Shown: positions 33,652 through 45,145, counted from the first letter of the stretch. The stretch: DNA of 64,000 bases from an uncultured Planctomycetaceae bacterium (GCA_963813715.1 CAWFAK010000005.1:352001-416000), one strand, 5' to 3'. Program-made: numbers and translations. The notes: generated from the letters alone by a model not told the origin.

Positions 33652-36600
33652 TCAACGTGTCTCGGTCTGGGGTGGGTCCGTCGCGCGCTCGAGCGTCAAG
33701 TCGACCTCGTGTTCGGGACCGTAGCGGCCATTTTGCGTCGGCTTCACCTCGACCGACTGGCTGACGGGCACGAAGCCCGGGAAAGACACCGACAATTGAT
33801 ATTTCCCCGGCTCGGCGGTGAACGCGGTTCGGCCGAATTGCGACGACTGAACCGGGACGTCCCCCTTGAGGCCGGTCAGCCGGATGCGGCAACCCGGCAG
33901 AGGCAGGCCGTCCGTCGTAAACGGACAGACGTGCAGAAATCCCCGGCCCGAGGCGTGCGACGACGGCGCGTCGGAAAGGGCGATCGTCTTTTTCTCTCCC
34001 GCTGCCAGGGTGACCTCGCCCAGCTTGTCCGCGGCGATCACTCCTTGTTGCGTGAAGTAGTAGTCGCCGGCCGGCAGACCGTCGAATTCAAACCGCTCCT
34101 CTGGCGTCAGACTTTTTGAGGCAAACAGGCGATTGTCCTTGCTGCGTAATTCAATGTACCTGCCGCTTTCCGGGCCTGACGGTTTGAGCGTCCCGCTGAC
34201 CGCCGCCGTACCCTTTGGTGCTTCGAGCGTGATCGTTTGCTCCTTTGGGCCCGTGATCTCGATCTCATGCCGGACGCCCAGGTTCGGGGATCGATAAAAA
34301 GTCAGGCGATACTTGCCGACCGGCACGTCCCGGAAGACGAAGGGATCGTTCTTGCCCTGGGGCGGCTCGGCATTGCGGGACGACCCGTGATAGAACCACA
34401 CAGGATCGTACGGCCAGAGGATGAGATTCTCCCTCTGAGCGTTGCCGTCCCTGCCCGACTGCCCTTTGTCGTCCCTGCCTGACACATGAACGCGAAGCGT
34501 CACGGTCGTCAGATCGAGCGTGCCAAAAGCGTCGTTTGATGTTTGGACGACAAGCGGTTTGACGGGCGAGGTTCTCTGACGGTTGCCGGTGCCCGTCGTG
34601 TAGTAGAGCGTTCGCTCGCCGGGCGGGACGCCGCGAAAGACGAAGTTGCCGGCGTCATCGGTCATCGTGGCGGCCTCGAAAATGCCGTTGTTGGGTTCGT
34701 CGGCGAGGACCACCCGGGTGTTCGCCACCGGTTTGCCGTTCAGGAGCAGGCGGCCGGTGACTTTTTTGATCCCGCCGAAGTCGACGCGGAGCGACTTGCC
34801 CGGAGCCGGGCGAACCGCCTGCCGGATCACACCCTCCGCGGTCCAGCCATCGTGTCGAATGATGTAGACCAGGCTGTCGGGCAAGTGGGAGATTTCGTAT
34901 TCGCCCGCTTCGTCGGAGATGGCGGTCGCGAATTCTCCGGTTCCCCGATAGTCGTTGAATTGTCGATCGAGAAACTGCAGCCGCACGCCGGGAGCCGGGC
35001 GACCCGATTGGTTGTAAACGCGGCCGCGGATAGTGCCGCCGTGCTTCAGGGTGATCCTGAGAGGCGCGGGCGTCGCGTCCGCCTTGAGCTCGATATCTTT
35101 CACTTCGGCGAAGACATAGTCGGGATGCAGCGCGCGAATCGTCTCCGTGCCGGGGCTGAGGTTCTCGAAGCGAAAACGGCCGTCAGTTGTTTGAGGGTTG
35201 GCGCCGGGAAGCACTTTGGCTGCCGAAGCAGGCAGCGGGCGGCCGTAGGTGGAACGGGCAAGGACCGTGGCGCCGTTGATCGGGCGCCCGGCTTCGTCCA
35301 CCACGGTGCCCGACAGACTCAGCCCTTTCGCGAGCGTGACGCGAACTTCCTGCTTGGGATCGACCGCGGTGTCGGCCGGCGCACTCTTGGTGATCGCATA
35401 TCCGTCGGCCGACGCTTCGACGACGTAAACTCCCGGCCCGGAGATTTCGACCGAAAACGCGCCGTGCGGGTCGGACACGCTGTGCCAGCTCGGATCGACC
35501 CACTCGTTCCGGCCGCCCAAACCTTGCGTTCTTATGACACGGACGCGGAGGTTGGTGAGCGGTTTGTCGGGTTTTCCCGCCAACACCCGCCCTTTGAGCA
35601 GCACCGGCTCGCGGGCCGTGATCTCCAGGACGACATCGTTCGTTCCGGTGGCAACCGCCGGGATTCGTTTCATCTCATATTCGCGGGAGTTGATCGTCAG
35701 CTCGTAGCGGCCGTCGGGGATCGGGCCGATCTTGAAGGTGATGTCGTTCGGCTGGACATACTGCATCGAATTGTCGGAACGTTTGCCGGTCCCATTGGCA
35801 CTGATCCAAAAGCCCTGCTCCTTCGGCCGGTTCCCTTTGAAATGGATGCGACCGGAGATGGTGCCCGTCTTTCCGGGCGAGGGGAAGTTCGTTTTGAGGG
35901 CCAACGGTTCCTTGCGGTCGAAGAGATCGACGTCGCTCATCACCGGGGAGTTTTCCCAACTACTAGGACCGCGGGGAATCGAGACGCTGATCTTGTAGGC
36001 CCCGAGCCCGATGTGCGGCAGCGTGAATGAACCATCCGCGCGAATCGGGAGGCCCGACGGCGAAGACATATAGTCCCACCAACTGGGCAGAGCCTGGATG
36101 GTGCTTCCCACCGGGGGCTTGCCGTCACTGCAGATCACCGTTCCCTCGACCGCCTTGCCTTTGGTCAGCGTGATTTCCCGCTCGACGATCTTTTTGGTGT
36201 CGTCGAGTTTGATGTCGAGGGATCCGAGCGCGTAGTCCTCGTGGTGGAAAGCGAATCGAACGACCTGCGGCGAGGGGGCCATCCCGCCCACCGTGGCGGT
36301 TCCATCCTTGGCCGTCGAGTGCCATTTGCCGTCGTACCGCCCTGGTTTGTAGATCGACACCTTGGGGAGCGGATGCCCCTCTTCGTCGACGACCTTCAGC
36401 TTGAGCTGACACCCCGGCTTGAGGACAAAGTTCCGCGTCACCGTGTGCGGCGGATCGAGGGGAATCTCGAGACGCTCGTCCTCGTAGTCCGAGAGACTGA
36501 TGCAGCGGTTGCTGAAGATGCTCAGACGGTATGCACCGGCATCGGGCACTCGGTCGAACGCATACGAGCCGTCAGGCTTGGTCTTCGCCATGTAGACCCG

Positions 36601-36906
36601 GCCGCCCTGCTTCGGATAAATCTGCAGCTCCGCATCGGTCACGGGCGCGCCGGTCTCGTCGGTAATTCGCCCGGTGAGCGAGCTGGGCAGCAAGGGAGGC
36701 CGCGGCCGTCTGGCTCTGGGCTGCGGCTTTGGTTTCGCCTTCGCGGCCGCGGGCGCGTCGACCTTGGGCGGATTGGCCGCCGGTGGATCGGCGGCTGGCG
36801 CGAGATCGCAGTCCGACAGCGGCGCCAGGGCGAGCAGGCCGGCGCAGACGAAGGTGGCGCGGGCAAACATGGCACGCCACGAAAACGCGGATCGCGACGA
36901 GAGCAT
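33652..36906 (-). CDS. Large exported protein of repeated carboxypeptidase-regulatory-like (prealbumin-fold) domains
   Basis: Signal peptide; repeated G[RT]V.DE.G.P...A.V / DG.F.F..L.PG.Y modules; GAGGAG RBS before ATG 36906. Confidence 0.82.
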   Translation of the reverse strand: MLSSRSAFSWRAMFARATFVCAGLLALAPLSDCDLAPAADPPAANPPKVDAPAAAKAKPKPQPRARRPRPPLLPSSLTGRITDETGAPVTDAELQIYPKQGGRVYMAKTKPDGSYAFDRVPDAGAYRLSIFSNRCISLSDYEDERLEIPLDPPHTVTRNFVLKPGCQLKLKVVDEEGHPLPKVSIYKPGRYDGKWHSTAKDGTATVGGMAPSPQVVRFAFHHEDYALGSLDIKLDDTKKIVEREITLTKGKAVEGTVICSDGKPPVGSTIQALPSWWDYMSSPSGLPIRADGSFTLPHIGLGAYKISVSIPRGPSSWENSPVMSDVDLFDRKEPLALKTNFPSPGKTGTISGRIHFKGNRPKEQGFWISANGTGKRSDNSMQYVQPNDITFKIGPIPDGRYELTINSREYEMKRIPAVATGTNDVVLEITAREPVLLKGRVLAGKPDKPLTNLRVRVIRTQGLGGRNEWVDPSWHSVSDPHGAFSVEISGPGVYVVEASADGYAITKSAPADTAVDPKQEVRVTLAKGLSLSGTVVDEAGRPINGATVLARSTYGRPLPASAAKVLPGANPQTTDGRFRFENLSPGTETIRALHPDYVFAEVKDIELKADATPAPLRITLKHGGTIRGRVYNQSGRPAPGVRLQFLDRQFNDYRGTGEFATAISDEAGEYEISHLPDSLVYIIRHDGWTAEGVIRQAVRPAPGKSLRVDFGGIKKVTGRLLLNGKPVANTRVVLADEPNNGIFEAATMTDDAGNFVFRGVPPGERTLYYTTGTGNRQRTSPVKPLVVQTSNDAFGTLDLTTVTLRVHVSGRDDKGQSGRDGNAQRENLILWPYDPVWFYHGSSRNAEPPQGKNDPFVFRDVPVGKYRLTFYRSPNLGVRHEIEITGPKEQTITLEAPKGTAAVSGTLKPSGPESGRYIELRSKDNRLFASKSLTPEERFEFDGLPAGDYYFTQQGVIAADKLGEVTLAAGEKKTIALSDAPSSHASGRGFLHVCPFTTDGLPLPGCRIRLTGLKGDVPVQSSQFGRTAFTAEPGKYQLSVSFPGFVPVSQSVEVKPTQNGRYGPEHEVDLTLERATDPPQTETR

Positions 36907-37006
36907 GGGCGGTCTCCTCACGGACGGCCAAACGCTTTCGCACGATTATACTGCGGATGCGGGTCCTCGACTGCCTGGATAGGAAAGACGCGCTTCGAGT
37001 CGCGAG

Positions 37007-37459
37007 CTAGTGATTCTTGGGAGCTGGTTTTTTCAGGTAGTTGGCAATTGGGATCGAATGATAGTACCAGGTGAGTGGCTCGCTCTTGCCGTCAAGGGTC
37101 CGCGTCCTCAACTGGATCTCGGCGCGCGCCGCCCATTCGCGTTTCAAATGAAGATCCACTCGACGGTTTCCGTCCACGTTTCGCACCGCCAGCGGGATCG
37201 AGAGATCGACGAAGCCCGTCCCGGCTTCGCCGGGGATCACTAGCTCCACGCCCGTGAGCGGCTGCAACCGTCCCTCGTCGGCGATCGTCAGATTGACCGT
37301 GACACGGCCCGAGCCGTGCTCAATGCACGAGACATCGTAGGCGAGTTTGAGTTGCTCTTTCGTTTGCCCCAACTTTTCGCCCAGCCCGTGGGCTGGCGCG
37401 GCTACGAACAGTCCGAGAGCAAACACGAAGATGGTCACGCCGAGCCGACGCAGGGGCAT
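37007..37459 (-). CDS. Secreted hypothetical protein
   Basis: AAGGAG RBS; signal peptide ending APAHG; 150 aa. Confidence 0.7.
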   Translation of the reverse strand: MPLRRLGVTIFVFALGLFVAAPAHGLGEKLGQTKEQLKLAYDVSCIEHGSGRVTVNLTIADEGRLQPLTGVELVIPGEAGTGFVDLSIPLAVRNVDGNRRVDLHLKREWAARAEIQLRTRTLDGKSEPLTWYYHSIPIANYLKKPAPKNH

Positions 37460-37611
37460 AGGTCCGCTCCTTCACCGAGTGACGATCACCCGATTATAGA
37501 CGCGCCCCTTCAGACTTACCCCGTCCGGGATTGGTTCCGCGCGCAACGTCTGGCGCAACCGCTCCCAGGTGCCCGGGCTCGGTGATGTGGCGGGCCGAAG
37601 CGGTTCGCGCG

Positions 37612-39565
37612 TCAGCTCCCCAGGTGGGCCGGCACGACGAGCACACTGATATGCGAGGGCTGCCCGGGCGTGTGGTACAAGCGCTCGGTCGCCTTTTTGT
37701 ACTGCGACTCCTTCGCCGAATAGATATCGGTGAAGACCTGCGGGTTGCGATCGATCACGGGGAACCAGCTCGACTGCACCTGGATCATCAGGCGGTGGCC
37801 GGCGCGGAACGTGTGCAGCACGTCGTTGAGCGCGAACTTCACCGGCGTCGGTTTGTTCGGCTCGAAGGCTTGCGGTTTTTCGTAGCTGTCGCGGAACTTG
37901 CCGCGCATCACTTCGGCACGCAGCAGTTGCTCGTAACCGCCCATGCTGGCTCGCGTCGGGTTCGGATCCGGATTGGGGTAATCGTCGGGATAGACGTCGA
38001 TCAGCTTCACGACATAGTCGGAGTCGGTGCCCGAGGTCGAGACGATCAGGTTCGCCTGGACGGGGCCGGCGATGGTCAGATCTTCTTCGAGCACGGGCGT
38101 CTTGTAGGTCAACACGTCGCTGCGACGCGACGCGAAGCGCTGGTCGGCCGTCATGTAGTCGCGGGCGATGGTGTCGGTGATCCGTTCGATGTAGGGAACC
38201 GGATGGGCCGGGTCGCTCACATATTCGTCGGACTCTTTGTCGGTGTTGTGCGGGCCGGCGGCGGGCGCCTTCTCCGTGAGCTTGCCCCCCTCCTGGAAGT
38301 AGAAGGACTTGGGCGTCACGCCCTTGGGCGGCCACGTGGCGTAGCCCCGCCAGACATTCGTCCCCGTTTCGAAGACGTAGGCTTCGGTCTTGTCCGGCTT
38401 GCCCTTGCCTTTGAGGTAGTACTCGAAGAAGGGGAACTCGATGTGCTCGGCGTAGTATTCGGCCGTTTTATCGTTGAAGGTGACGTCGCCCAGCTTGGAG
38501 CCGTCGCCGCGGGCCCAGCCGCCGTGAATCCACGGGCCCATCACGAGCCGATTGACTGTCTCGGGCGATTGGCGCTCGATGCTCTCATAGACCTGGATCG
38601 CGCCCGAAGATTCCTCGCAGTCGTACCAGCCGCCGACGGTGAGCACGGCCGGCTTGACGTGCTTGAGGTGCGGTAGGATCGTGCGGGCCTTCCACCACTC
38701 GTCGTAGTTGGGGTGCTCGACCAGGTCCTTCAAGAAGCCGGTGCCGCCGCGGGCCTGCCGTTCGGCGATCGTGTCGAGTCGGCCGAGCGTGAGGTAGTGG
38801 TTGTAGACGTCGGGCCGACTGCCTTCGCGGCGCATGCCGCCCATTCGGCCGCCTCCCCGGTTGGCGGCTGCTCCGCGTTGCGGCCGATCGAAGAACTCCA
38901 GGAAGTTGATGCTGTCGGCCAGGATGAACGCGCCGTTGTGATGGTAGTCGTCGCCGACGAACCAATCGGTGACCGGCGCCTGAGGCGAGACGGCCTTGAG
39001 CGCGGGGTGCGCATCGACCAGACCGCACGACGAATAGAAGCCGGGATAGGAGATGCCCATCAGGCCGACGTTGCCGTTGTTGTTGGGAACGTGCTTGATG
39101 AGCCAGTCGATCGTGTCGTAGGTGTCGCTCGACTCGTCGATCTGTTTGTCTTTCTTGTTGGGAATGTACGGGCGGATGTTGACGAACTTCCCCTCGGACA
39201 TGTGGCAACCGCGCACGTCCTGAAAGACGAAGATGTAGCCCGACTTGTCGTAGTGCGACGACTGGCCGAGCCGCGCGCGATACTGATCCTCGCCGTACGG
39301 CCGCACGCTGTAGGGCGTCCGCGTCATCAACATCGGGTATTTTTGCGACTGGTCTTTGGGGACGTAGACGGCGGTGAAGAGCTTGACGCCGTCGCGCATC
39401 GGGACCTTGTATTCGTACTTGGTGTAGCGAGCCTTGGTCTCGGCGACCTGGGCCGGATCAGGCGCCGGGCCTTGGCCGCGAGAGTCGGTTTGACAGAGCG
39501 CCGGCAAGCAAGAGAGCAGCCAGCGCGGCAGACCGGGAGACGAGAAACCGCCGGATCGGAGTCAT
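37612..39565 (-). CDS. CocE/NonD family hydrolase (alpha-amino acid ester hydrolase-like); frameshift at ~39490 after the signal peptide
   Basis: VPMRDGVKLFTAVYVPK; RTPYS; QDVRG..MSEG; nucleophile GISYPG; GGWYD; GPWIHGGW; PepX-C-like C-terminus. Signal peptide MTPIRRFLVSRSAALAALLLAGAL is in the upstream frame. Confidence 0.9.
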
Positions 39566-39757
39566 TTTGGGCTCTTTGGCAAGTGCGTCACGGGTGTGGG
39601 ACTGACGTCGACAATGCGCCCTCGAATATAACAAAGATCGCGGGCGCGAAGGGGTCTCCCGCGCATTAAGAGGCGTTCACGAAGGGCTCCGCTGCGCTGG
39701 GCCGACCGACGGCGAAAACAGGCGAGAGGGAGGGCTACGAACTCCACGCGCGACGGG

Positions 39758-40740
39758 CTAGGTTGCCGCGCGGATCGGTTGCGGGAGGTTCGCCAGCCAT
39801 TGCAGCAGCAGGTCGGGCCACTTGGCCGGGGGAAATCCGTTCTTCACCCGCTGCGGGATCAGGTTGCCGACACCGTGGCCCCCTTCGCGGAACTCCTCCA
39901 TGTGCACCGGCACGCCGAGCTTTTCCAGGTCGGCCTTGATGGCCCGCGGCATCTCGATCGGCGCACCGCCGCTGATCCCATCGTTGGTGGCGTGAACGAG
40001 GAACACGGGAGGCGAGTCTTTCTGAAACTTGAAAGGGGACTGCTTCTGCCGCCAGTGCCACGTCGCCAGCCCGACAGCGAAGTCCGGGCGGCTGCTCAGC
40101 CGTTCAATTGGGTCGACGGCGTCCTTATCTCCGCCGTCGAAGTTGGCGGCCAGGTTCATCGCCAGGTTGTGCCCGCCGAGTAGCCGGCGATGCCGATCTT
40201 GTGCGGGTCGATGCGCCACTCTTTCGCCCGGTCTCGCACGACGCGCGTGGCCCGCTTCGCGTCGAGCAGCGTGATTTCCTGGATGCCCGCGTTGCTCACC
40301 CGATACGGAGGCCGCAAACGATACTTGAGGCCGATGACGGCGACGCCTTTCGGCACGAAGACATCGGCCGCGTAGACGACGTGCGTCTTCCAATCGAGCG
40401 CGCCGTAGCCGCCTCCCGCGCAAACAATCAGCGCCATTCCCGTCGCCTTCGCCGGCGGCGGTAGGTAAACGCTGATCGTCGGCACCGACACCATCTTGAT
40501 TGTGCCGCGCGGCTCGACGGTTTCGGGCGGGGCACCGTCCAGAAACTTGGGGGGCTTGCCCGGCCAGAGCGGCAGGACCAAGGGTGCCCCGCCGACAGTC
40601 CCTGGCGGCACGGAATTCTGGCGGGCCGATCGTCGGACGGACGGAACAGAGGTGTCTTGCGCCACCGCAAGGGCGCAACAAACGGCCAGCAGCAGACCGG
40701 TGGCAGACAAGAATCGAATCGCAGGTGAGAATCGAATCAC
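39758..40740 (-). CDS. Alpha/beta hydrolase (acetyl-xylan esterase / BD-FAE-like); start uncertain; frameshift at ~40170
   Basis: LPLWPGKPP; PTISVYLP; VCAGGGY; LKYRL; IDPHKIGIAGYSAG(G)HNLA; RPDFAV; PPVFLVHATND; GGHG. Confidence 0.85.
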
Positions 40741-40973
40741 AGGCGAGAAGAATCGAATCGAGGCCTGAGCGTGACAGATGCGACAGTGCAGAGCCGCTCA
40801 CTCCGTTTATGTCTGTTCGCGAAACGCTGGCAAAGGATGCGGACCGGGCTGGAAAATGTCGGCAGCGGGGGACTTGCCGGCGAGAAATCAGCGGGCTGGG
40901 AGCTTAGAGTCTTTGTATCCGCTGCGCACTTTGCCCAAGAAAACGGGATCTGTCAACGACGGAGTCCAGCCGC

Positions 40974-42104
40974 ATGAGGGCTCTCTCTAACCGCATCTGC
41001 CACAGACGAGAAAGAAACTTGCAGCTCCAGCATGAACGACCGCAAACCGCTTGCCTGCTGCACGGGAGGATCCGGACGAAAGTTTTTGTTTTCGCGACCG
41101 TGCTCATGGCGACGTTGCGACTGGCGCTGGGCCAGGCGACGGCTCAAGCCCAATGGCAGACGCAAGCGATCAACACGAGTGCGAACTTCCGCGGACTGTC
41201 GGCCGTGAGCGCCCGGGTGGCCTGGGTGAGCGGCACCGAGGGCACGTACGGCCGCACGACCGACGGCGGTCAGACGTGGTCGGTCGCCGTGGTGCCCGGT
41301 GCGGACAAGCTCGATTTTCGCGACGTCGAGGCCTTCGACGCGGCGACCGCGTACCTCTTGAGCGCCGGACCGGGAACCGACTCCCGAATCTATAAGACGA
41401 CCGATGCCGGCCGCACGTGGAATCGGCAATTTCAGAACTCCGATCGCCAGGCGTTCTTCGACGCCCTGGCATTCTGGGGCGAGCGGCATGGCCTGGCGAT
41501 CAGCGATCCGGTGAACGGTCGCTTTCCGCTCATCGTCACAGAGGACGCCGGCTCGCATTGGACCCCGCTTGCGGCCGTCGATCTGCCGCGGGCGCTGCCG
41601 AACGAAGGGGCCTTCGCGGCGAGCGGTACCTGCCTGGTCACGCACGGTCCGAGCGACGTGTGGTTCGGCACGGGCGGAGCCAAAGTGGCCCGCGTCTTTC
41701 ACTCGGCCGATCGGGGTCGACACTGGACGGTGAGCGAGACGCCCATTCCCGCCGGAGTCGCGTCGGCCGGCATCTTCTCGATCGCCTTTCGCGACCGCGA
41801 TCACGGCCTGATCGTCGGCGGCGACTACGCCAAACCGACTCAGCCGGGAGCGAACGCGGCCCGCACAGTTGACGGCGGTCGCACGTGGACGCCGCTAGGC
41901 CGACCGTTCGCTTATCGCTCGGGCGTCGCTTGGGCGAGAGACCGCTGGATCGCCGTTGGCACCTCCGGTTCCGACGTCTCCACTGACGATGGTGTTACGT
42001 GGAAACCCCTCGACCGACAGAACGACAATACGGTCAGCTTCGCGCCGGACGGCACAGGCTGGACCGCCGGTCCGCGCGGTCGGATTGCGAAGTTCGTTAA
42101 CTAG
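40974..42104 (+). CDS. BNR/Asp-box repeat (YCF48-like) beta-propeller protein; start uncertain
   Basis: Repeated T.DGG.TW Asp-boxes; LDFRDVEAF; FFDALAFW; EGAFAASGT; VGGDY. Confidence 0.87.
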   Translation: MRALSNRICHRRERNLQLQHERPQTACLLHGRIRTKVFVFATVLMATLRLALGQATAQAQWQTQAINTSANFRGLSAVSARVAWVSGTEGTYGRTTDGGQTWSVAVVPGADKLDFRDVEAFDAATAYLLSAGPGTDSRIYKTTDAGRTWNRQFQNSDRQAFFDALAFWGERHGLAISDPVNGRFPLIVTEDAGSHWTPLAAVDLPRALPNEGAFAASGTCLVTHGPSDVWFGTGGAKVARVFHSADRGRHWTVSETPIPAGVASAGIFSIAFRDRDHGLIVGGDYAKPTQPGANAARTVDGGRTWTPLGRPFAYRSGVAWARDRWIAVGTSGSDVSTDDGVTWKPLDRQNDNTVSFAPDGTGWTAGPRGRIAKFVN

Positions 42105-42200
42105 AGGTCAATCAGCGGAGGTTGTGCGGTCGCAGTCTCACGTCGTTCGGCTTGGTATCTTTGAGCGCGTCGAATTCCGGAACAGTGTCACACGATTCTT

Positions 42201-43028
42201 ATGCCACATACCATCCTCCTCGCCCACGGCGTTTTGGGATTTGGGGCCGACCTCAAGATCCGGTTGCCCGCGCAATACTTCAACGGCGTGGCCGGGCATC
42301 TCGAGGGGCAGGGGCACCGGGTGTTCGCGCCGAGCGTGGATCCGATCGGCAGCATTGCGAAGCGCGGCCGGCAACTGGCGGAGCGGATCCTCGAAGTGCC
42401 GCTGGAGCCGGGCGAGAAACTGCACGTGATCGCCTACAGCATGGGAGGGCTCGACGCGCGGCACGCGCTCTCGAACATCAGCGAGGAGGACATCTCGCAG
42501 CGGGTGGCCGATCGCGTGGCGACGCTGGTCACGGTGGGCACGCCGCACCGCGGCTCGCCGGTGGCCGACGCGATCGCCAATCCGAGCCTGCCCCTGTTCC
42601 AGAAAATCCCGCCCCTGTTACGGGAGGCGTTTCGCGACGCGGCGCCGGCGCTTCGCGACTTGACGACCGAGGCCGCCGAACGCTTCGATCGGGAGACGCC
42701 CGACGTGCCCGGCGTGCGCTACATCGAAGTGGCGGGCGACGCCTTTCAGGCGGGCAAAGGATTGTTTGTCTTCCAGCTGGCCGCGGCGATCGGCGGGATC
42801 AAAAGCGAAGTCAACGACGGCGTGGTCACGCGGGCCTCGGCTCTGCGCGACGTCGCCGGTCACGAGCACCTCGACGACTGGCCGGTCGACCACGCGGGTG
42901 CGATCGGCTGGAGCTTTCCGTCGCTGCTGCTCTTCAACGCCCGCCACTTCCCGATCAAGTTTCGCCTTCCCTGGCTGCCGCCGCCCACCCATCTGGAGCG
43001 GTATGACGAAATCGTCGCCCGGCTCTGA
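42201..43028 (+). CDS. Triacylglycerol lipase/esterase (alpha/beta hydrolase)
   Basis: ILLAHGVLG oxyanion region; nucleophile AYSMGGLDAR; GTPHRGS; NDGVV; DH. Confidence 0.87.
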   Translation: MPHTILLAHGVLGFGADLKIRLPAQYFNGVAGHLEGQGHRVFAPSVDPIGSIAKRGRQLAERILEVPLEPGEKLHVIAYSMGGLDARHALSNISEEDISQRVADRVATLVTVGTPHRGSPVADAIANPSLPLFQKIPPLLREAFRDAAPALRDLTTEAAERFDRETPDVPGVRYIEVAGDAFQAGKGLFVFQLAAAIGGIKSEVNDGVVTRASALRDVAGHEHLDDWPVDHAGAIGWSFPSLLLFNARHFPIKFRLPWLPPPTHLERYDEIVARL

Positions 43029-43206
43029 GATCGACGTCGCGGGAGGGAAAAGCCCCCACGCAACCTGTCGGAAGGCAGGCGGCGGATCGCTCCTAAGTCG
43101 CGTACTACGAGCCTGTTAGCGTATTCGGCCGGGCCCGGGTCGCGACTCCAAAGGGGTCGCGGGCGGCCGCGGAACCCCGGCCAAAATCCGTCAAATCGGG
43201 AATCCC

Positions 43207-43254
43207 TTGACCGGTTCCGGCCGATGTTAATACAATCGTTTCATACAAACGGAT
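43207..43254 (+). promoter_or_regulatory. Putative sigma70 promoter with an adjacent palindromic operator for the TetR gene
   Basis: TTGACC (43207-12), 18 nt spacer, TACAAT (43231-36), then CGTTT-CATAC-AAACG (43237-51). Confidence 0.55.
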
Positions 43255-43314
43255 GATGCGAGCGTTTCAGGCGATCGTTCAGAACGTCGCGACGAACACG
43301 GACGACGAATCAAG

Positions 43315-43986
43315 ATGACCATGAAAACCAACGACGACACCGAATATCGCCTGCTGCAAGCGGCCGGCGAGCTGTTTGCGGAAAAAGGCTACGACGGCGT
43401 CAGCGTCCGCGAGATCTGCCAGCGGGCGGGCGCCGGCAACGTGGCGGCCGTCAACTATTACTTCCGCGACAAGGAGCGGCTCTACATCGAGGCGGTGAAA
43501 TCGGCCTGCTCGCGGGGGGACGAAAGCTTCCCTTATCCCGATTGGCCTGCCGGCACCGAGCCGCGGCAAAAACTGATCGACTTCATCCGCGTGCTCACGG
43601 ACCGCATGTTCGGCAACAGCCCGCCGTGGGCCCGCCGATTGTTCTTGCGCGAATTGTCCCATCCGACCGAGGCCTGCACCGAATTCGTGCAGAAGATCGT
43701 GCGGCCGAACGCCGAGCTGTTGGGCAGTATTCTCACCGAGCTATTGCCCAAGGTGCCGCAACGCAAGCGGAGCCTGATCGCGTTCAGCATCGTCGGTCAG
43801 TGCTTTTTCCATCGCTTTGCCCAGCCGATCGTCACCCAGCTCGTGGGCGAGGAAGAAGCCCGCAACTACGACACGGCGCTCTTGGCCGAACATATTGCCG
43901 ACTTCAGCCTGGCGGCGCTGGGCCTGGAACCGGGTAAGAAAAGCCGGCCGCCGCGATCGCGTTCGGCGTCGCGGACGCGGGAGTAA
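43315..43986 (+). CDS. TetR family regulator with a CecR/YbiH-type (DUF1956) C-terminal domain
   Basis: RLLQAAGELFAEKGYDGVSVREICQRAGAGNVAAVNYYFRDKERLY; AFSIVGQC; FSLAAL. Confidence 0.9.
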   Translation: MTMKTNDDTEYRLLQAAGELFAEKGYDGVSVREICQRAGAGNVAAVNYYFRDKERLYIEAVKSACSRGDESFPYPDWPAGTEPRQKLIDFIRVLTDRMFGNSPPWARRLFLRELSHPTEACTEFVQKIVRPNAELLGSILTELLPKVPQRKRSLIAFSIVGQCFFHRFAQPIVTQLVGEEEARNYDTALLAEHIADFSLAALGLEPGKKSRPPRSRSASRTRE

Positions 43987-43990
43987 CGAC

Positions 43991-45133
43991 GTGACCTGGG
44001 TCGCGCTCAAGATGATGACCGGCAATCGCGGCAAGTATTTCGCGATCGTGTTCGGGATCGCCTTTGCCTGCATGCTGATGGGGCAGCAAGCGTCGATCTT
44101 CTGCGGACTGATGCGAAATACCACGAGCCAGATTCGCGACACGACCGGGGCCGACATCTGGGTGATGGACCCCAGCGTGGAATTCGTCGACGACGTCACG
44201 CCGCTGGCGGACAACGATTTGTTCCGCGTGCGGGGCGTGCCCGGCGTGAGCTGGGCGGTGCGGTTCTACAAAGGGCTGGCCCGGGCGCAGTTTTTGGAGG
44301 GGAACTTCAAGCAGTTCATCGTGCTGGGTCTCGACAACGAAAACTTCGTCGGCGCTCCGCAAGAAATGCTGTTGGGATCGCTCGAAGATCTGCGGCGGCC
44401 GGACGCCGTGATTCTCGACGAGTACGGCTATCACTACTTGTGGCCGGGCGAGCCGCTGCGGGCCGGACGCACATTCGAGATGAACGATCGCCGGGCGCAG
44501 GTGGTCGGCGTTTGCAAAACCTCGCCGACGTTCCAGACGTTCCCCGTCGTCTACACCCGCTATACCCAAGCGCTGCAGTATGCACCGCAGGAACGCCGAG
44601 TGCTGTCGTTCGTGTTGGCCAAGGCCAAACCCGGCGTGCCCGTCGCGGATGTCTGCGAGAGCATCCAGGAGCAGACCGGCTTGATGGCCCTCTCGCAGCC
44701 GACCTTTAGCTGGATGACGGTCTCTTATTACATGCGGCGGACGGGCATTCCGGTGAACTTCGCGACGACCGTGCTTCTGGGGTTCATTATCGGTGCGGCG
44801 GTCGCCGGTCAGACCTTTTATCTCTTCACGATCGGCAACCTGAAGCAATTCGGCGCGCTCAAGGCGATGGGCGTGAGCAACGTCCGCATTTTTGGAATGG
44901 TGCTCGTGCAAGGCGCGTTCGTGGGCGTGATTGGCTACGGGATCGGCATGGGAATGGCCGCCCTCGTTGAGACGGTGATGTCACTGACGATCACCACGAT
45001 TCCCCCCGTGTTCTATATGCTCTGGCAGATTCCGGCAGGGACCGCGATTGCGGTCGCGCTGATTATGATCGCAACCACGTTCGTCAGTTTGCATCGCGTG
45101 TGGGTGCTCGAACCCGCGGCGGTCTTTCGTTAG
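43991..45133 (+). CDS. ABC transporter permease (MacB/FtsX, DevC-like), copy 1
   Basis: VALKMMTGNRGKY; ADIWVMDP; GQTFYLFTIGNLKQFGALKAMG; LEPAAVFR. Confidence 0.9.
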   Translation: MTWVALKMMTGNRGKYFAIVFGIAFACMLMGQQASIFCGLMRNTTSQIRDTTGADIWVMDPSVEFVDDVTPLADNDLFRVRGVPGVSWAVRFYKGLARAQFLEGNFKQFIVLGLDNENFVGAPQEMLLGSLEDLRRPDAVILDEYGYHYLWPGEPLRAGRTFEMNDRRAQVVGVCKTSPTFQTFPVVYTRYTQALQYAPQERRVLSFVLAKAKPGVPVADVCESIQEQTGLMALSQPTFSWMTVSYYMRRTGIPVNFATTVLLGFIIGAAVAGQTFYLFTIGNLKQFGALKAMGVSNVRIFGMVLVQGAFVGVIGYGIGMGMAALVETVMSLTITTIPPVFYMLWQIPAGTAIAVALIMIATTFVSLHRVWVLEPAAVFR

Positions 45134-45145
45134 GCCGAGACGACT

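Noticed and set aside
40711..40762. Three imperfect 18-21 bp repeats containing GAATCGAATC
   Set aside because: Short local duplication at the 5' end of an esterase gene; no evidence for a function.
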